The translations under genes and the position numbers were made by a program. A model generated the notes under the pieces. That model was not told the DNA's origin and made no database searches. It saw only the letters and a program-made list of their open reading frames with translations. A stretch of DNA of 64,000 nucleotides from Phoronis australis (taxonomy: Eukaryota > Animalia > Phoronida): assembly GCA_002633005.1 (NCBI GenBank), contig NMRA01000411.1, positions 229,083 through 293,082 of the forward strand, in the 5' to 3' direction. Position 1 is the stretch's first letter. The number at the start of each line of letters is the position of its first letter. Below are positions 1 through 12,741 of the stretch, one piece after another.

Positions 1-478
1 GACGCTCTATGTACAAGTCAATAAGTTTGCTTTAGTAAGTCATTGGATATTAATGAAATTTAGCAGTTGTGTTCCTATCTAGGAGACTAGGCTACCATTA
101 AAATTTATGGTCCAAACTCCAAGCTAACTACTGCTGCGACCCCTAGTGATAATTTTTAATGGCGTCATTTTTTTTGTTGTCAGCTTCTGTATATGTCAAA
201 TAGTTTAAGGGATATCATAGTTAAATTTAAGCCAGGATATGTTCTTACTGAGAGCATGTCTCTGACATTAAATTTCTTATGGATTTGAATATTGTTATGC
301 ACCCTAGTAGTAGTTTTAATTTGTTTGTGTCAGCCTCAATACCTCCCAAGAATTCCCATGAAATATGAATGGATCTGAATATGACAATGGCTTGTAATAG
401 CAACTTTGTTATTTTTCATCAGCATCATGATCTACCTAGTCTTCTTACTACGTTTTCTCGGCTGTCGTTCATGTCTAG

Positions 479-955
479 CCAAGTTCTCCGTAGCACTATA
501 TTACAGCGTATTTCTTATCTTGCCGGCCTCTTTACCTTTGGTTACCGATTTTGAGAACCAGTTTGATGTCCGTTATTCAGTGGAGAAAACTGGTTCTCAA
601 AATGTGGGACACCTGCAAGTGACTATTACCTTATTTCTGTCGAGTCTCAAGGTTATCATTATGAACAATCCAAGTTCTGCATAGCACTGTGTTACCGCTT
701 ATTTCTTGTATTGCATGCTTCTGGACCTCTCGCGGGTCTCGGGCTGTCATTTTTGGCAAACCAAGATGTACAGAATAGTAATATTTTACAACATGGGCTG
801 TGTTACATCACTCTCACTATTTCTGGATTCTCTTGGCTCCGTTTACTGCCAGCCAGTTCTCCATGATAGCGCTGTGTTACATCTTATTTCTTATGTTGCA
901 GGCGGCTCATTACTTGTGGGGTCTATGGGCGCTCATTCAAGCCAAGTACTCTACA
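479..955. repeat. Degenerate local repeat (core CCAAGTTCTCC..TAGCACTGTGTTAC..CTTATTTCTT.T.TTGC), 3-4 diverged copies
   Basis: Related motifs at ~479-525, ~670-715 and ~852-900, partial at ~790-810; interrupted by the palindromic element at 548-630. Confidence 0.55.
548..630. mobile_element. Short palindromic MITE-like element, family P copy 1
   Basis: Perfect 17-bp inverted arms ATTTTGAGAACCAGTTT (548-564) / AAACTGGTTCTCAAAAT (587-603); related copies at 4872, 41098 and 47618. Confidence 0.75.
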
Positions 956-1280
956 ATTGACTTTGATTTCCTAAAGTAAGTATCAGGGTCTTTTTCTTAT
1001 CATGAACATTCAATGTAACTCCCCTGGTTCTTAAATTGGCGAGGCTGAAAATTGAGGTGTATAAGTAAATCAGACATGGTCAACTGGGGACATTTTAAAA
1101 AATCAGTGGCCGCCTACCCAACCTTGGGCACTGGATGGAGCCAGACAGCACCATCGAATATTGCTTCAATTTTTCAAGGCAATTGCATACGTGCCTTACT
1201 TACAGAAATTAGGTCATATCCAAAAGGTCACGTCAACCTGTCATGTTTGTTATTTGGGAACAAGGCAAACAAGATCGGGT

Positions 1281-1340
1281 ATAATATAATAATAATAATA
1301 ATAGTAGTAACAGCAGCAACAGCAGCAGTAGTAATAATAA
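1281..1340. repeat. Compound (ATA)n/(GTA)n/(GCA)n microsatellite
   Basis: Directly visible trinucleotide runs. Confidence 0.9.
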
Positions 1341-3169
1341 ATGTATTATAATCACACATGTACAGAGAAATAAAAGAAAAACATAAAAACACTAGACAAA
1401 AAATAAAAGTACAAGTGCAAGACACGGATAACATAAAAAGTCAAAGACTTATTTCCGTTATGGCCAGTAAAAAAGATGAGAAACAAAATGAAAACTGATG
1501 AAAGACAAAAGACAATCAGCAGTAAATTGGTAAATCAGTTTCTGAATAGGTAAATAAATATATACATGAAATATACATAAAAATAAGTAATTAAATAAGT
1601 ATGTACATAAATAAATAAATGATAAATATACAAAACGTACCTAAAGTGGCGTTGAAGGAATATCCCACGAGACATTATTACCGGTTTCGGTCGATACACG
1701 GAATAATGTGGAGTGGGATATTACTTCAACTACGCCAATCGAGGTACGCTTTGTATTTATTCCATGCGCATCAAATTCCTAAGTTTCTTTCATTTTTTCG
1801 TCATATTTTCAAATACTTCACTCTGACTGTTCACATGGCGGATCACATCCTATATGTATGTACTTGCGCGTTAGGCTGCAAATTTTCTCTTGTAAAAGAA
1901 ACAGTTTTAAATGTGACGATTAATTACTTGAACAGAGATTACAAAGATGAAAACAACGGTAACTGTGCATTGAACTTGTAACATCTCCTGAAAATAGTTA
2001 AATAACAACAATATTTCACATTCTAGTTACCGCGGAATCAGCGCCTGAGTTGCAGACGACATATTTAGCAACTGAAAACTGAGACAGAACTTTCATATAA
2101 TTAACAGTCCTGTCCCGGATGTTACGATTGAGACCTGAGTGTTACTCACTCTATTGCAAATGCATCACTTTTAACCATTTTCCAAAAGTTTGAAGATTGA
2201 ACCAGCTATCAACGTCTGGTCGACATTGACCTACCTTTTGAACTTTTCGTGTCAGAGGTCGCTGTTGAAGTAGTGCAGGAGGTGAATACAGAAAATATGG
2301 CCGTATTTCCATCTACTGATTTAACGCGTTTGGGATAAATAAATGAATGCACCAGTGAAGATTAGACCAAAGACTTAAATAAGATAAGGACTTAATAACA
2401 CCAGAAGGAAATAAGATATACGTATTGTTATTGATTTGGGTGTTGAAATGAGGTGTTGGGGTTCTTTTGAAAAATAACTATTCCCGGTGCCTTTTACCTC
2501 ACTCCAAGATTCCTGTTCTCAAGGTGCTTTATGGTTGAGATTTGACTTGCGTAATAGGTTTAAACAATATTGTATATGGTGGAACTTTAAGCCTCAACCA
2601 AAAAATCAAGTATATTTTCTAAGAAATAAGGTTAACTTTTTGATCATTTAATATCCGACATAGCAAAAAAGGGTTTTTTGCGATTATGCAGCATCTTAGC
2701 TACATGGTATTACATGTGTATAAGGACTCTGACTATAATAAATGATAATGAATATAAATAATAATAATAATAATAGTATTGAGGTGGGTTTACTATACAG
2801 TACCGTAAAGTTTTTTAAATTGGAACATAGTATGTTGGCACAGTAAAACTTCATTTTATCAAAATTTTCAACAAGAGTGACGGTAAAAGTTGACTGAGTT
2901 TAGTTTAAAAGGTATCTATGCTTTTTGATTGTACTCGGATGGAGAGAGAATGATTAAATCGTATGATAACCACTTATTTAAACAAGTGTTGTCAATTAAG
3001 TACACTAACAAAAAAGACGAGATACTACGCCAGTGCCCTCTGTAAGGATAACTTCAATCAATAAACCATAATCAACCAAGCATCTTATCTGCTATCCAAT
3101 CTAGGTTTCAACACTCGTTGGATGACACTCCTGTTGATTGATCCTCATACTAACACACACTGCACTGCA

Positions 3170-3296
3170 CTTGCTGGTCACAGTCCTTTGTGACACAATG
3201 ACATCTGTAGGCATTATCTAACTACCCACAATTCCTCTTGCTGGTCACTGTCCCTCATGACGCAACACGTGTAGGTAGTACCTTACTACCCACAAT
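3170..3296. repeat. Two diverged tandem copies of a ~67-bp unit
   Basis: CTTGCTGGTCAC at 3170 and 3237, each followed by TGTAGG...ACTACCCACAAT. Confidence 0.8.
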
Positions 3297-4871
3297 GCAA
3301 GTTGCTTTAACCTTTGCCCTTACCCTTTAGGATCTTCCACTAGGTGGCTCTATTGTACACTGAAGTAAGTCTTTTAGCGTCAACTGCTAAATTCCATCTG
3401 TCTCCCAGTCTTCTGCCCAAATTATAATAATGCACTTACTTAATGATTTGGTAACAAAAACAACATGATTTTATCTAATCATATCATTGACTGTTACAAT
3501 CTGATCTCAGAAATTTCCAAGATCCTTATAGTACACTGTCCTCAGAACAAAAGAGTTAAACGTCATCTAAAAGTACAAAAGTCATGTAAACATCAAAAGT
3601 ACATGTTATCAAGTTTGTCCCCATGGTTTTAAAAGTACATGTGCACAGATTTAGGGCAACTTCAGTTGAACTATCTCTACTGATTACATAATCAATATTT
3701 ATTTTGACAGTGAACAAGGAAACAATTTTACTTGATTATCTAAAAGGTTTTTATAGTACGAATGTCATTAACAGACTGGCAGAATTTTGAACATTTTTGG
3801 TAACACAGTGAGCATTTGAAAAATGACCGTTTTGGCCGTTATTTTTGTGCGAATTTGAGGAACCTTTACCGTACACACCCGAAGTATTAGGATACAGTGA
3901 CCCGTTATTCCTGTTCTGACTATTGACCTCTAAGGGAATTCCCCCATCAGTCCAGTTAAGTGTAAGTGGAAAATTGACTGCCATGAGGAATTATGGGAAA
4001 ATTAATTAGGTGGATAGGCTATTCACTGTTCTTCTGGTTAGGATCAAATCAAGCTTACAACTTGGTGAGAACTAACTAAGCTGTGGCCTGTTGTGAACAA
4101 AAATGTGCAATACACACACGGTTCGTTAGGTCACACATGGATAATCGGAATGGTTATACAGGTACCAGGAAATGTTTTCCCAAAAGATACATGTAATTGT
4201 CATTTAGTTAGACTGAAAATAATGACATTGATATGGTAGTCAAGCGCTACAAACGGGGTTGTAATTTGTAGTCTATGTTCACTGCTTAGATTCTTACTGC
4301 ATGGTGAAATGGAATTTATTTCAGTTGTTTTACTAGTACGGTAAGTATTTGGTTTTCGATTTTCTCATTGGGCTTGGTACATATTGTGGCGTAAAATACT
4401 GACGTAAATTCTGTCGACGTAGGAAAGCCTTGAAAATACAAAATCATGCGAGTCTTTGTGAGATGTTAAGCAAACCGCTACCGTCATCTCGAATCTATGA
4501 ACCTCATCCTCAATTTGCTCATGTATTCTATGCTTGACTCTTAACCTCATATTTGGACCGTTTCAGCTATGCTTCTGTCCGTTTCAATGAATACCACAGG
4601 AGAAAGGACGAGTTTCTGTCTCTCAAGTTACCTACAGAGTAATGCAGAAGATCTAGGAAATGTTACATAGTAACTTAGGCTATCTCTTTGTTTTAAGACT
4701 CAGGCATGTTCAGAGTGTGATATTTTCAAATTTCTATTGGTGATTTAAGTAGGGTCATTTCTCCTGTGAAAGTAATTTTAGAAACCATTAATACGATTGT
4801 TTTAATGAACAGAGCTTCGAATTTGTTTTTAAATTGGGATTGTTTGCTAATTTACTATGTGCAGATGTAAT

Positions 4872-4975
4872 GGCAATAGTAGGATATAAAGTGCCCACGT
4901 TTTGAGATCCAGTTTGATGCTTGAGTGGAGAGAACTAGTTCTCAAAATGCGGGCACATGATATCCGACTATTACC
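4872..4975. mobile_element. Palindromic MITE-like element, family P copy 2 (longest arms)
   Basis: ~43-bp imperfect inverted arms GGCAATAGTAGGATAT..GTGCCCACGTTTTGAGATCCAGTT / AACTAGTTCTCAAAATGCGGGCAC..ATATCCGACTATTACC around a GATGC..AGTGGAGA core. Confidence 0.75.
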
Positions 4976-5419
4976 AAATTAAAGGCATTGTTTGTGTAAC
5001 TCGGGGGCCTGTTTTCTGAAAGACATTCGATCGTTTTTGGCCGTAAGTCTGATATGTAAACACCTATGGTTGCAACTATTTAAATGTGACTTCTTACTGA
5101 GATTTTAAACGGGTTTAAATGAAATGTCGAGTTCAGATAAAACATCCCAACTTATATTTTAGTGAATCATTGAGTAAGATTTAAGTGATGGCAGAAATGA
5201 CAAAACTCGTAAATTGAAACAGGACCTATGTGCTGCTCCTTTACTAACCTTTAACTTGAGATGTTGTAGAGAAATGATTGTCGATCAAAGTTGTGAATAT
5301 TTAGGGCAATCTGATATGAATCATCGCCTAGAGTATCTTGTGTAACAACAACCACAATCTTACAGTTTTGTCATTGGAAGCTTCCCGCAGTGTTTTAGCT
5401 CCTGCTACGTTATTTGAAT

Positions 5420-5489
5420 TTCACCTATTGACCTTCACCTATTGACCTTCGCCTATTGACCTTCACCTATTGACCTTCACCTATTGATC
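5420..5489. repeat. Minisatellite, 14-bp unit TTCACCTATTGACC x5
   Basis: Five near-perfect tandem copies. Confidence 0.95.
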
Positions 5490-6860
5490 TTTTTAGTGAT
5501 TATGAAATTATCTGCACAGTGAAATGTGGGGATGTTGTTACCGCATTTTCAAGCGATCATTTGAGAGATGACTGACAGTATCAAGCTGTTTGTTCACTCT
5601 CCTGTATATTGGATTTAGATATATGGCTGTAATATTTATGAGTCTGACCTCTGACCTGTGTCTCCACTCTGTTGAACATACAAGTTATTATTAAGGAGCA
5701 CTATTGTCAGATGATGTACATGTATTATGGAACTGTGATGTCACTCTACTATATTTGCATATTCATGAATTGCGGTTTGTGTATTGTTGTAAACTAAAAG
5801 TTGTGGGTATGCATGTCAGAACAATCGGGGTAACCATAAAGCATTCCATATTCTTGTCGTGGTGTGGTTTAGAAACAATGGTTATCTACATTTGCTGTTA
5901 CTTTTGTTAATTTTATTGACAGGAATTTGCTTAGAGAGGAGTGTGGTTTGCCAGTGCTTTTAAGTGTTTATATAATTTTTATTAAGCTCTAATGTCAGGG
6001 AGTGAAAGCGATTGCTTGGTTGCAAAGCAGGAATTCAGAGGCAGGGCCATTGGATCTTTTCCACCCCCTGAATTTGATGCTTTAAGGGTCTGTTTCACTT
6101 CCTTATAATGTCCAAACATATACATTTGTTGTAAGGTCCTGGATTTATTTAGCGATGAAGTTCAGGGATGTTTGTTATGGTGGTGTAAGGTCTCAAGTCA
6201 ATTACTAAAGTGTTACAGAATGGTGTGGTAGATTGCACACTATAGCCTTCTTTCTAGGTGTCTCGCTCAAGCCACGTTTTAGCCCACATGCCTGCAATTA
6301 AATTCAAATGCAATTTTGAAGTTCGCAGCTGACAGGTTGGTCAGTTTTTTTAATTTTTGTTTTCTATTTGTGGTCTAAAAGTCACACAATCAAATAATTC
6401 ATAGTTGTGTGCAGCAGTTGCTAAGGTAAAATCTCACTGATTTTGGACAAAAATAATTCATTCGCCAAAATTACCCATTTTACTGTCGTGACACCTTTCC
6501 ACGGCATCTTACATTGTTGTAAATGATCAAAGCTACTCAAAATTTTGTGTGAAATTACAAACCTTGAATATGGCAAATCTTCAGGACAGTGCGTCATTTA
6601 TGGAAAGAACGAGGAGAAAAAACTTCATTTGTCCACCATGTCTTCAGTTGATAACATATCACAGTTCATTTTCCGTTGCCAACTAAAAATGTCCAGAGTT
6701 TCAACTCAAAACTCTGCAGTTGATTGGTCAACCTTACCAAAAAGTCGAGAAACCAACATTTCTCACCTTTTCTGACCTCAAAAATTGAGCCCGAATGTTC
6801 ACAACTTGATCTGAATTTCAGCACGTGACTTTCCAATTCTGGCGAATACTCTACTTGCAA

Positions 6861-6945
6861 GTTGCATTGCTGTGGTGCTCTCTTGTGTCAGACCTTCTGA
6901 TTTGTTGCATCTCAGCAGTGTTCTCTTGTGTCTGACCTTCTGATT
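6861..6945. repeat. Two tandem copies of a 43-bp unit
   Basis: GTTGCAT...TCTCTTGTGTC.GACCTTCTGATT at 6861 and 6904. Confidence 0.8.
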
Positions 6946-7133
6946 GGTCAACAGTTATCGTGTAAAACATGTTTCGTCCTCTCACCATAGTTCTATTTAC
7001 TAGAATTTTATTTTTTGTTTGAATCTAAGCAATATGTAAAGCCTTTTAGAAATCTGTGTTAAATATTGTTAGTCACTTCAAGTGTGTTCATATACAGTTG
7101 TCACTTAAAGTGGCTAATGACCTTGCTGTTGAT

Positions 7134-7342
7134 TGTTTAAACATTTTGATTTTACTGTACTTAAATATTTTGATCATGATAATACTGTACTATTCAAGCA
7201 CTTTGATCATACTGAGTCTGTAGTGTTCAAACATTTTGATCATACCCAGTCTGTAGTGTTCAAACATTTTGATCATACCCAGTCTGTAGTGTTCAAACAT
7301 TTTGATCATACCCAGTCTGTAGTGTTCAAACATTTTGATCAT
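7134..7342. repeat. Minisatellite, 33-bp unit (GTGTTCAAACATTTTGATCATACCCAGTCTGTA), ~6 copies
   Basis: Three near-identical central units with degenerate 5' units; explains the repeated VVFKHFDHTQS ORF. Confidence 0.95.
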
Positions 7343-7559
7343 ATTGTTCAAGTAAAATGTCCAGAATGTATGTGTGGTTGTATTCTTTACTATTGTTCCA
7401 AGTTGTTGTGGAAGAGATGAAGTTCTGTGATTATTGGTTCTGACTGAAAGCTCATGTTCTTCAGTCAAAGAATAAATTTGATTTACACCACTTGCTGGTA
7501 AATTATTCTGCCTGAGACCAGGTTTAATAAATTAACTCTGCCCATCGTGTCATGTTTAA

Positions 7560-7725
7560 CTGCCTCAACTTCCAAACTTTGAAACTGCCACATCTGGTAA
7601 GATAGTCAATTTTAAGACAAAACTTATATAAAAAACTTAAGCCAAACTTAATTATCTTTTTCTTGAAATGGTCTTGAGACAAATTTAAGTTTTACCTTAG
7701 AATTGACTGAAATTTAAGGTAATTC
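7560..7725 (-). mobile_element. Dispersed repeat fragment (putative PIF/Harbinger-like MITE family H1), inverted relative to 51442-51597
   Basis: 7656-7720 TCTTTTTCTTGAAATGGTCTTGAGACAAATTTAAGTTTTACCTTAGAATTGACTGAAATTT matches the reverse complement of ~51481-51546; CTCAACTTCC also shared. Confidence 0.7.
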
Positions 7726-8926
7726 TCTTAATTATTATTTTTTTTTAGTTTTCTTGGTACGCCTCACCGGCCTGCAACTTAGGTGACTGTCAAGTCCATT
7801 TGTAGAACTAAACTTCCGACTCTATAATCCGTCTCTAGTTGTGTACAACTGTGAATAATATGGTAAGCCTACGTAAAAATCAGAACATTCGGGACTAGAA
7901 TTTTGTCATTTTGATCGGGTTTTGTTTTGGTACACCCTGTATATCGTTCTGCTGCATGTCTTGGACAAACCAGACACTATAATTGATTTCTGGATTTAAA
8001 GCCCCGAACAAATTTCATAACAGGAGAGATACCACCAGGCTAGAAAAACAAAAACGTTTCGTGAATAACTATCCTGTATGTAATTGCGATTCTATTGCGA
8101 TCATTTTTTTAAGCTCATAAAAAGTGAAGTTTATTGTCTTCACTCAGTGAGTCGCTACCGGAAATTCAAATGTTATGCTAATAACGTTTTATTTGGATAA
8201 AGTCAAGTCGTGTTAAAAGTAAGTAATGTCTGAGTGAATTTGATTAAATTGATTGATTTTGCTGAAATTAGTTTTAGAAATTTTTTAAAGAAAAATGAAG
8301 CGCAAAGAGTAAGCTTTATTAACGGATCGATGTAGTTGCTGTCTTACGTCACCGTGCACTAGGCAGAAAGAAAAATGGCTTTTGATTAAAAGTTTGGTGT
8401 TCTTAAATCGGACATGCGAAGATTCCAAGCACAACTTTTACATAACTCATTTTTCCTATCAGTCATGAAGTGTGCGTAATTGCATCTAGACATGATGACC
8501 TAAACTACATCATGCCGAGACAAGGAAGTCGTGTCGAAAAGCAAACCAGACATGGCGTTTGTGTTATTTCAACCATAAATGCCTCGGGTCTTCATCGAAA
8601 TCTCAGTTTGGGGTTCGCCAAAATGGATAAAAAATCTTTTAGCGTCATGCATTCAGCCATCAATTTGAAACCCTGAATACAACTACATTTTATGCTGTCT
8701 ACCAAAGCTCTAGTTTAACAAAACTTACTGGAGATATATAAAAAATAAGATCAAAAGGCTGTCTCGGTCCAGCTCGGCATTAGCATTACGTGCGGAGTGG
8801 AAGTTTGACCCAATAAAAATATTGGTGCAGACTATACGATCTGGATGCGAGGGCTCGCCTGGTGAAAATCCAGAAAGTTGCACAAGGTTGCGGTTTATGC
8901 AATCTGTGATTATCGTCTGCAGAGGG

Positions 8927-8972
8927 TATATAAGACTGATGAGTCAACTACCAGTCTTCCATTGAGGTAAGA
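8927..8972 (+). promoter_or_regulatory. Candidate TATA promoter with very short first exon
   Basis: TATATAAG 8927-8934, TGAGTCA 8940-8946, CCAGTC near the expected start site, GAG|GTAAGA donor at 8966/8967; TTATGCAA upstream at 8895. Confidence 0.3.
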
Positions 8973-9404
8973 AAAATTCGCAGATCTGCAAACCAACTCA
9001 GTTGCTCAACATGATTTAATACTCACTAAACAAAGGATGTTGAAACTAGCTGGCTTTAATTTACTAACGCATTATTGCTTAAAGTTAGAAGTACGTGTTT
9101 AGTTCAAGTTGTGATTTCACGGTCGAGAACCAAGGAGACACATAACGTCGACCAATCCGGCGAATGGTTTTGTAACTTAAGTTTCACAAAGGTCGCGGCA
9201 TTTTGTAGATAGTGTTATCAACTTATCCGTTTGAAGGCCGCTTGTCGGTTTCATTTAAACCTGGATTAGTCTTTTATATTGTATATGCATCTTTTTTCTT
9301 TGTGTTTCCTAGACACATAAATATGCTTTTCTTACAGTCCCTCAGGCTATGAAAACGTCTACATAGAACAAGCAACAAATAGGCATACAACAGATAATCC
9401 GACA

Positions 9405-9595
9405 AATTCCCCCTCATCGATGCTAAGATATGTTTTACAATGCGTTTACACTTGTGTCACGCCCCGAAACTGCTTTACTGAAGAGCCACAAAACCAGCGT
9501 TTAATTCCTCGTCATTGAGTCCATAGATATGTTTTACAAAGCACTTAAACAAGTCTGTGCCATGCCTCGAAACTATTCCAAATAGTCACAAAACC
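9405..9595. repeat. Two diverged tandem copies of a ~99-bp unit
   Basis: AATTCC..TCAT.GA...AGATATGTTTTACAA...CGAAACT...CACAAAACC at 9405 and 9503. Confidence 0.8.
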
Positions 9596-10583
9596 GCCTT
9601 TTCAGAGACATTAGCTAGTCCCGTCAAAAGTTTTCCAAGGGTGCACCCCATGAGCCCGTTGTAACATAGAGTACTAAAAGCTACCATAGGATGAAAGCGT
9701 TTACGAGGACTCCTCGGGTGAAATCAAAAATCTCCATTTACCCATTTCGAGGAGACTATTGCCAAATGTCGAGGTTTTACTTTGACTTTTAGTTTGCTCC
9801 GGAGCTGACTAAGGATTTCTCTCTTTTGGCTTCCAGTTGTAGACGGATGTTATAACTTTGAGTCTTAATCTGATTTCGTGAAACCGGGGTTAGTCAAAAC
9901 GTGGATTTAATTTTAGTCAAAAGACAATAGAATTTTCGAAGAGATCACAGTCCCCCGGAGTCGATAGGTCACGAGGAAAATCTTCAATGACATGGGAAAG
10001 TTATTATAGTTCGTGAGAAGAAACCAATAAGGCAAGTAGATGCATGTTTGGAGTATCATTTATTTCTTATCTCCAAAACTGAAGTTTCACAGGCCTGTGA
10101 GAAGAGTTAATATAAAACGTCGATTCAAAAATCCACAATTCATGTAGTCACAACTTATCCACAAAGAATGTATGTTTGACACTGTCTATACTAGAAGTGT
10201 GGATAGTGAGTGTTATCAAGGATAGGCGTAGTTCCATTCTGGACTTGACAGTTTGGGGGTACTGAATTTAGATAGCTTTGCCCGAATATAGGCGCCTTTG
10301 TTCCCCTGCACCCCACGTCTGTTCTCATAAGTACCTCGTGCGTCGGTGTCAGTTGGTGCGTTTCATTACCTTCCTACAAGCTCTAATGTAGAAAAACTGT
10401 TTAACCTTTATCAATTAAAATCTCACTACACGAACAAGCGAACGAAAAAAGTCTTAGTACGCCGAATTAGAGTTTAAATCACTCTGAACTTTCTGAGTCG
10501 AGACACGATTTGAGATTTGTTCAGCTGGATTCATTGTGTAGTAATGATGACACATAATGAACTCCATGGTAACGACAGAGACA

Positions 10584-10622
10584 GGGGGGGAGGGAGGGAG
10601 GCAGGGAGGCAGGGAGGGAGGG
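10584..10622 (+). repeat. G-rich (GGGA/GGCA)n tract
   Basis: GGGGGGGAGGGAGGGAGGCAGGGAGGCAGGGAGGGAGGG. Confidence 0.85.
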
Positions 10623-11734
10623 AGAGACACGAAAAGCTTGATACAATATACTGAACGGTGCATTTCACAGCTTTGGACTGTACTGCCAATTGAATTCACC
10701 ATGAGTGCTCCGCATTAAACATGAGTAAAAATTTAAAAATTATACAACAAGCGAGTGTTACTTGATTTTGTACCACGCTATCCATTATCACGTGCTTCAG
10801 GTTGCTGTAAGTTCAATGACACCGTTACTGATTTTTTAAATGCATTATAACTACGAACTGTCTACTAATTAAACTTGAAGAGTTCACTAATCGTATTAAT
10901 TTAGCAAATATTGATTTCGAGTGTCACCCATTTTCCTATTTTTTGTGTTCGAACATTTTGTTTGCGTTTGGGTATCCAACTATAACTATATAATTGCATG
11001 CATATGGGTAAAGAAGTTGCTTTTGGTTATATGAACTATGAGATATTTTACGACAAGGAACCTCAGAACACAGCCCTAAGTTGGTTGGAAAACGATTGTT
11101 AACCATACTTCTAGCCACGCCGAGAGGAGGCAGCACAGACAGGGACTCTTCTAACACACTTCTTGACGTATTTGTACAGTTGACTCAAGACGAACTCGTT
11201 AACAAACCTTCGCATATTTCATTGCTCATTTCTTCCCAGTTTTGGATAACTGGCCACAGTGAAAGTTTCGAAGATTGTCTAAAAGGAAACTTTGTACTTT
11301 GTTTTAGAACCATTTTTTCACTTTTGTATTTTAATTATTGATTTTGCTCGTAGAGAGTTTGTATTGCTCTTCATGAATTTAAAAACGCAATGCAACTTCC
11401 CACGCTGCGGATTATAGATGTCATGACTGCATCTTTCTGCTTTGTAGTTATTATTGTACCCAGGCAAACGACATCGTTGATTAATTTTCCTCTCATTTGG
11501 TTTCTGTTTCATCTGCTTGCAATATATTTGAACTGAGAGACAGATAAGTTTAAAAGGGCGTACACATTGCGCTGGAGTTGTTATACACGACAGTTTCCAC
11601 CTGTTTTTCGATGACTGATTGTACTTAAAAACTAGAAAAAATATCAATTTTGTTGAGTTATAGTTACAATTCATTCTAAATGCGAACAGCAAAAACAACC
11701 AAAAAACAGCGTGTTCATTTTTCTTGGCGTGAAA

Positions 11735-11992
11735 CATGCGAGCACCCAGCCTTTGATATGGGGGGGGCTCAAATTTCTGACGATGTGGACCTTTTGCTGA
11801 CAAAAAAGGCGGCAGGACTAAAAACAAAAAAACGGGCACCACCTTCAGAACTGTAAACTGAGTGTCTGCGCCTTTCGGTTTTGGTGGACTTTGTCTCGTT
11901 TTCTGGGACTTTTTGTTTCTCTGTGGCGGACCTTTTTGCCCACTTCGCCAAATGGGGGGCTCACTCGAGCCCCCCCCCTGGGTGCGCGCATG
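11735..11992. mobile_element. GC-rich MITE with 15-bp TIRs and subterminal G/C runs
   Basis: CATGCGAGCACCCAG (11735) vs CTGGGTGCGCGCATG (ends 11992), 14/15 complementary; internal GGGGGGCTC.CTCGAGCCCCC palindrome; repeated GGAC(C)TTT motifs; flanks TGAAA/CGAAA could be an imperfect TSD. Confidence 0.8.
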
Positions 11993-12046
11993 CGAAATGA
12001 CAGATTCATCCCAGCCTGATTTGATAAAACAATGAAGGAAAGTTAA

Positions 12047-12382
12047 AGCGACCTATCGAGAAAAAGTGAGTTTCCGAGATCAACCCACGGGCGGATCCGG
12101 AACTAGAACATTCGTGATTGCAGTCAAACAGTCTGCTGGCGAAGGTAAATCTGATATGATAAATGGCTGAATATTTTAGGGGTATTTAACTGGAAAGGGT
12201 AAGGGGTTTGATTTCAGCGAATGTTTGACAGATAGGCGAGAATTTGTAATAAAATCACAAAAACAAAACGCATTCTATTGTTTTATTGTTTTATAGCTCG
12301 AAAATTGTAACATAAAAATGTCTACCTTGTCCAACAATAATTCAAAAAAGTGCGTTGTCTGCCGTAAAACGATAATGATCCT
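12047..12382 (-). mobile_element. TTAA-flanked (Kolobok-like) MITE with internal tRNA-like segment, family K copy 1
   Basis: TTAA at 12043-12046 and 12383-12386, ends AGCGAC...GATCCT; shares GATTTCAGC.AATGT.TG.CA...TTTGTAATAAAAT.CAAAAAC with the other copies. Strand refers to the tRNA-like segment. Confidence 0.75.
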
Positions 12383-12547
12383 TTAATTAAAGACTTTTCC
12401 TTATGAATCAACAAAAACCTGACATAACGACAATTAAGTTCAAATTAAATATAAATCTTCGAACTTCAATGTACTGCAACTTTTGAGGTCTATTTCCTCA
12501 TTGTTCTGTTGGTAGTTATTAACCCATTTATTACACAATTTTCCAAA

Positions 12548-12741
12548 GCCCTGTCTGCACACCCTAGTTTTTCGTATACGACTGTCGAACACAATTATTG
12601 TCGTATGCGACAAATCGAAGTGTGTAAACAAGTGGAACTTTTCGACTTAAAAAGTGGTGGTCGAAGAACAACATGTCACTCGGATTTAGTAGACAGTGTA
12701 CCAAAAGTCGTATACGAAAAATCGGAGAGTGTATACGGGAC
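12548..12741. mobile_element. MITE (PIF/Harbinger-like termini), family H2 copy 1
   Basis: Perfect 16-bp inverted repeat TTTTTCGTATACGACT (12568-12583) / AGTCGTATACGAAAAA (12706-12721) inside looser GCCCTGTCTGCAC / GTGTATACGGGAC ends; related copy at 61870-62010. Confidence 0.75.

Noticed and set aside
1014-1204. TGTAA...TTACA solo-LTR candidate
   Set aside because: No target-site duplication and no second copy in the window.
7133-7468. Overlapping repeat-peptide ORFs (VVFKHFDHTQS / MIKMFEHYRLG)
   Set aside because: By-product of a 33-bp minisatellite that is open on both strands.
8936-8975. Hammerhead ribozyme core (CTGATGAG), also CTGATGA at ~25669
   Set aside because: No stem II followed by CGAAA and no flanking stems.
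11318-11842. 174-aa minus-strand ORF
   Set aside because: Starts inside a MITE; no recognisable domain or exon structure.
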